The notes under the pieces were generated by a model. It made no database searches. It was not told the origin of the DNA and worked only from the letters and a program-made list of their open reading frames with translations. From positions 39,935 through 103,934 of the forward strand of contig CAYNWW010000002.1 of NCBI GenBank assembly GCA_964401055.1: DNA of 64,000 nt, in the 5' to 3' direction. Positions 60,157-64,000 of this stretch are shown piece after piece. Each line of letters starts with the position of its first letter. The stretch's first letter is position 1. The stretch is from an uncultured Candidatus Saccharibacteria bacterium (GTDB lineage: Bacteria; Patescibacteriota; JAUYIX01; CAYNWW01). The translations under genes were made by a program, and so were the position numbers.

Positions 60157-60426
60157 CTAATCAATCTTTTTTACCGAAGGATACTTAACAAATACCGAGC
60201 TCAATGCGTTTTTCACGATCAGGCCAGAAAGCTCAACATATTGATCAATAAGCTTCTGCACAACCACTTGCGGATCACCGGTAATTTCCAAAACAACGCC
60301 TTTATCTGATATCACAAGCTCTTGTACTCGCTTGGCTCGCGCAATAGCCATCTGTGGACCAAGTATAATTGCCTGCTTTTGAATAACCTCTCCGATTAAC
60401 GACTTGTATTGTTCTTTTTCGTCCAT
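60157..60426 (-). CDS. Small soluble protein, stand-alone copy of the family C-terminal domain
   Basis: YKSLIGEVIQKQAIILGPQMAIARAKRV..L.IS.KG...KLIDQYVELSG aligns to tails of members A-D. Confidence 0.78.
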   Translation of the reverse strand: MDEKEQYKSLIGEVIQKQAIILGPQMAIARAKRVQELVISDKGVVLEITGDPQVVVQKLIDQYVELSGLIVKNALSSVFVKYPSVKKID

Positions 60427-60465
60427 AGAGTTTTAATAATTTTTCTAAATATTATTTTAATTATA

Positions 60466-62306
60466 TCACACAGGAAACTTAAACCAGAATGTACTTCCTC
60501 GCCCTTCCTCAGAAGTAAACCCGATAGACCCGCCTTGCTGCTCAATAAAATACCGCGCAACGGAAAGGCTTAAACCAGGAGCATCGGGAACGGCTAGTAT
60601 TGCGTTTTGAGAGCGAAAAAATCTTGAAAAGATCTTTTGCTTATCTACTTCTGGTATGCCAATTCCGGTATCCTTTACCTCAAAACGAACATATTTTTTT
60701 CCATTCGGATCGAAACGGTTACTGTGCCGCCAGAGCCGGTATACACAAATGAATTCCTCAGCAACTCAGCTATGATAAATCTGAGCTTTCTCGTATCAGC
60801 CAAAACCGTTACGGGCTTTTCTTTATTCGCTAAAAGCCGACAATCTATTCCTTTTGCATCATATTTTTTCTTCCAAAAAATAAGCTCAGACTTCACAAGA
60901 TCATTCAGCAAAAAACTTTCTTTGGTGAATTGAACGCGACCCTCTTCAATATCAATCGCAGTCAGAAGATCGTCTAGGCGGTTAATTATTTCGCCATCAG
61001 CGTTATATACAATTTGCAAAAAGTCTTTTTGATTTTTTTTCATCGCACCAAGCTCGCCGGCAAGCATCACTTCAAGGTTCCATCGTATTGATGTAAGCGG
61101 AGTTCTGAGCTGATGAGACATAACTCGAATAAATGCACTTTTCATCTGATCAAGCTTACTGACTTTTTCAAAGCTTTCCTCGATACTTTCGGCCATAGAA
61201 TTAATTCCGCGGCCTACTTCTGCGACCTCATCGCTTTGGTTGCTAGGAACATTTACGCGAGCTTTAAAGTTTCCGCGCTTTATTTGATCCAAAACAGTTT
61301 GCTTTTCCTTAATGCGCGAAGTAAACCTTTTGCCAAAAATAAATGCGATCATCAACACAAGTACATCTATGCCAAGCATCAATGCTCCCAACTCGATGGC
61401 ATGTTTACGCGCATCTTTATCAAGAATACCCTTATCGATTTCTACTACCGTAATCCAAGGGGTATTTTTCGAACAAAACACGGCGCCAAAAACTCGTTTC
61501 CCTTCGTAATTCAAATGCTCATCGATGATTTTTTTATCAGCATCAATACACTCGCCAATTTCTTTTGTTTCAGCCTTGTAAACAAGCGACTTATCAGGAT
61601 TGTCAAAAAATGATGCGCCGATAATAAGCTTATTCTGATCTACAAGATACGAAGCATATTCATCCCGAGGCGCGCTCGCAAGAATCTTGTTTAACTCCCG
61701 AATATCCACATGATTTATTATGACCCCAATCGTTTTTCCAGTACTCAAATCCACAATCGGCGCTGCCGCATGAAAAAATGGTATATCATGGTGGCCCGGT
61801 TCAATCTCAAGTAAAAAACCACCTGCGACGGGCTTGCCAAAATCACTTTCCAATCCTTTTAGGAACCCATATTCTCGGTCCAGATCTTCAAGGTCCTGCG
61901 TGTCATTGTAGTCAAGCCGGTCCAGTTCAGTTGAAACCATTATTCTACCCGAAACATCGCGAATATCGGTGAGTACGACATCGTCATCAAGAGACACATT
62001 CTTTGCCTTTATATAAGCTGACAATTCTTCAGCTTTTAATCGATCACGGGTCTTTAAAAGCGAGGCAAACTCTTTTCGTATATGCCCATCCAGCGACCAA
62101 TCAGCAACTCTTGCTTTGTTTATTTCAAAAAATTGAGGAATTTGATTTTCTATAATCTTTGCAGTTGCCTCAATACGAGCTTTGCGGTCTTCAAAGCTGG
62201 ACTTCATATCTTTTTGATACATATAATACAAGCCGCCATTAATCGGGAGGATTGAAACAAAAACAAATATGATCGCGAGTTTTTGTTTTAAGTTTAGGCG
62301 TGGGAT
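60466..62306 (-). pseudogene. Cache-HAMP sensor histidine kinase, frameshifted in the HATPase domain
   Basis: TM-Cache-TM-HAMP (DEVAEVG..INSMA)-SHQLRTPL; ORF stops at 60675 but another frame continues YVRFEVKDTGIGI...EGRGSTFWFKFPV to TGA 60466; shift lies in an A7 run at 60694-60700. Confidence 0.8.
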
Positions 62307-62310
62307 GTAT

Positions 62311-63456
62311 TTATTTAGAGTGTCGCGCGGTTGGCAATATCACTTCCGGATTTCTTGCGCGAATGCCGGCAGTCACATCAGCCGCAAATTCTAGCGCAGA
62401 ATCACCAAGCAAATCATGATATACATTCAGTACCTTTTCCATATTATACTGTCCCGATTCTTTTGATATGTTTTCAACAACACGAAAACCCAATTCATCT
62501 TTCGTCAATTCAACCACATCTATATTCGTAACTCTGGCAAGTGCAATTTCTTTTCCTACAAGATCGCAAATCTTGCGAATAATGGCCTCAAGCGCAGCCG
62601 AATGCGGATTCTTTAACGCAGAGACATGCTCGACTTGATTGGGAGATTGATAAATTGCCTTAATACTGCTCCACGCCCCCCGGTGAACAACATACCAAAA
62701 CACCCACAAAAACGCCCACAGGAATGGGGCCACAAAAGAACTGACTTCGGATGCTCCTTCCTTAAAAAGTGCCGCCAGTAACGGGAGGGCCAATGCGGCG
62801 CAAATGAAAACTCCCCGCGATAGACTCTTTTGCACCTTGTTCAATGAGCCCGTAACATATATCGAACTCCCCCGGAATCCAAAAGCAGCGCTTACTATAA
62901 GTGCAGCATTAAACCCAATAACTACCGAAAGCACTCCAACAAACGAATTAATCGGTTCAAAATTGGCATTTAATAAAAACACAAGCACCACAAACAAGGA
63001 AGGAATAATTAAGACACCAGGAAAACTGAGAAAAAAGTTTCTTTTGCCGGCCATTTTGTAAAATTTAAATGGGGCAATAAAAAGAAAGACGGCGCAAATT
63101 GTTTTTAGAAGAGTTGAGGCTAGAAAAGCGGTTCCCGTATTAAACAACGAATACACGCCACCCCATATGACCAACTCGCCCAAAATATAGAGAATGACTC
63201 CGCGGGCATACGATCGCCAGCCTGACCAAAATTTCCCTTTCAGCTGCGTAAATTTCCAAACTATTGGAAGTGTTGCGGCGCCTACGGTAACATTGAGGGT
63301 GTGAAATAGTGCATATAACCGCCTACCAAGTAGAGACTCCTGAGCAACGTGTTCAAAGTCCCTCGAAAAAACCCAAAAGAATTCCAACAAAAATACGATA
63401 ATCGCACAAACAATATATATCAGAATCTTCACTCTACCTGATTGTTGTTTTGTCAT
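62311..63456 (-). CDS. Polytopic membrane protein with C-terminal cytoplasmic domain (family member D)
   Basis: About 8 TMs; LKGKFWSGWRSY; tail NPH...KICDLVGKEIALAR...YHDLLGDSALEFAADVT. Confidence 0.8.
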   Translation of the reverse strand: MTKQQSGRVKILIYIVCAIIVFLLEFFWVFSRDFEHVAQESLLGRRLYALFHTLNVTVGAATLPIVWKFTQLKGKFWSGWRSYARGVILYILGELVIWGGVYSLFNTGTAFLASTLLKTICAVFLFIAPFKFYKMAGKRNFFLSFPGVLIIPSLFVVLVFLLNANFEPINSFVGVLSVVIGFNAALIVSAAFGFRGSSIYVTGSLNKVQKSLSRGVFICAALALPLLAALFKEGASEVSSFVAPFLWAFLWVFWYVVHRGAWSSIKAIYQSPNQVEHVSALKNPHSAALEAIIRKICDLVGKEIALARVTNIDVVELTKDELGFRVVENISKESGQYNMEKVLNVYHDLLGDSALEFAADVTAGIRARNPEVILPTARHSK

Positions 63457-63506
63457 ATATAATTTTACTTTTGCGTTTATTATACAGCATTGCTATGATG
63501 TTAGCC

Positions 63507-64000
63507 ATGAATACGACCCACCAGAACGCTAAAACTTACCATATTTTGACCTATGGCTGCCAGATGAACGAGGCTGATTCCGAGCGGATCGCCGGCGTTT
63601 TTGAGTCGGTCGGAATGCGACGGGCGGCGCGTGAGCGTGACGCGGATTATATTGTCGTAAATACGTGCTCCGTGCGGCAAAAAGCCGAGGATCGCGTGTA
63701 TGGGAAAATGCTTGTGTATGAGGATATTAAGCGCGAGCGGCCGTCGACCAAGATTATTGTGACCGGCTGTATGATTGGGAAGGTGTCGCGGAATTATAAA
63801 AAAGACAACGCGGCTGCGATTTTGAAACGCTTGAAGCACAATTTGCCGATCGTGGATTATTTCATGGACATCAGCAATTTGGATCTGTTTCGCGAGCAGC
63901 TGCAACACGACAATGTGTCGGAAGAATTGCTCATGCAGTTGCGCAGCGAGACCAATTATCTCGAAGTGCAGCCTGTCTATGACAAGCGTTATAAGGCATA
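63507..64000 (+). CDS. miaB: tRNA methylthiotransferase MiaB (partial, runs off window end)
   Basis: Not in ORF track; manual translation TYHILTYGCQMNEADSE...VNTCSVRQKAEDRVYG...VTGCM. Confidence 0.9.
   Translation, partial: MNTTHQNAKTYHILTYGCQMNEADSERIAGVFESVGMRRAARERDADYIVVNTCSVRQKAEDRVYGKMLVYEDIKRERPSTKIIVTGCMIGKVSRNYKKDNAAAILKRLKHNLPIVDYFMDISNLDLFREQLQHDNVSEELLMQLRSETNYLEVQPVYDKRYKA

Noticed and set aside
63501-63908. 135 aa minus-strand ORF
   Set aside because: Antisense to miaB

Overview
Bacterial genomic window, standard genetic code (TGA is used as stop). The short EF-Ts, sortase, DUF3048, PrsW, gene content and many TGn-TATAAT promoters suggest a Patescibacteria/CPR organism; this assignment is an inference. 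Housekeeping backbone: rplJL, mltG, uppS, four tRNAs with rpmG, rpsB-tsf-pyrH, rpmE-prfA-prmC, a complete F1Fo atp operon, rplY, rodA, dnaE, thrS and miaB. Three accessory systems stand out. (1) At 5.5-15.9 kb, a co-directional gene run has a plant-like class II diterpene cyclase (beta-gamma, DxDD) and a class I terpene synthase (alpha, DDxxD + NSE/DTE), separated by a single in-frame stop codon. They sit among three soluble GAF histidine kinases, an OmpR-type regulator and a GGPP-type prenyl synthase, making a candidate diterpenoid make-and-sense signalling system. (2) At 24-27.6 kb, a nucleotide-enzyme island carries an atypical class II ribonucleotide reductase (APCGE motif, specificity loops remodelled), a CYTH enzyme, a dTMP-kinase-like protein and a variant Gre factor. 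(3) At 52.5-63.5 kb, a paralogous family of polytopic membrane proteins share a ~90 aa cytoplasmic domain that also occurs as a stand-alone gene beside two histidine kinases; two genes here are broken. All calls are from motif recognition by eye; no database searches were run.
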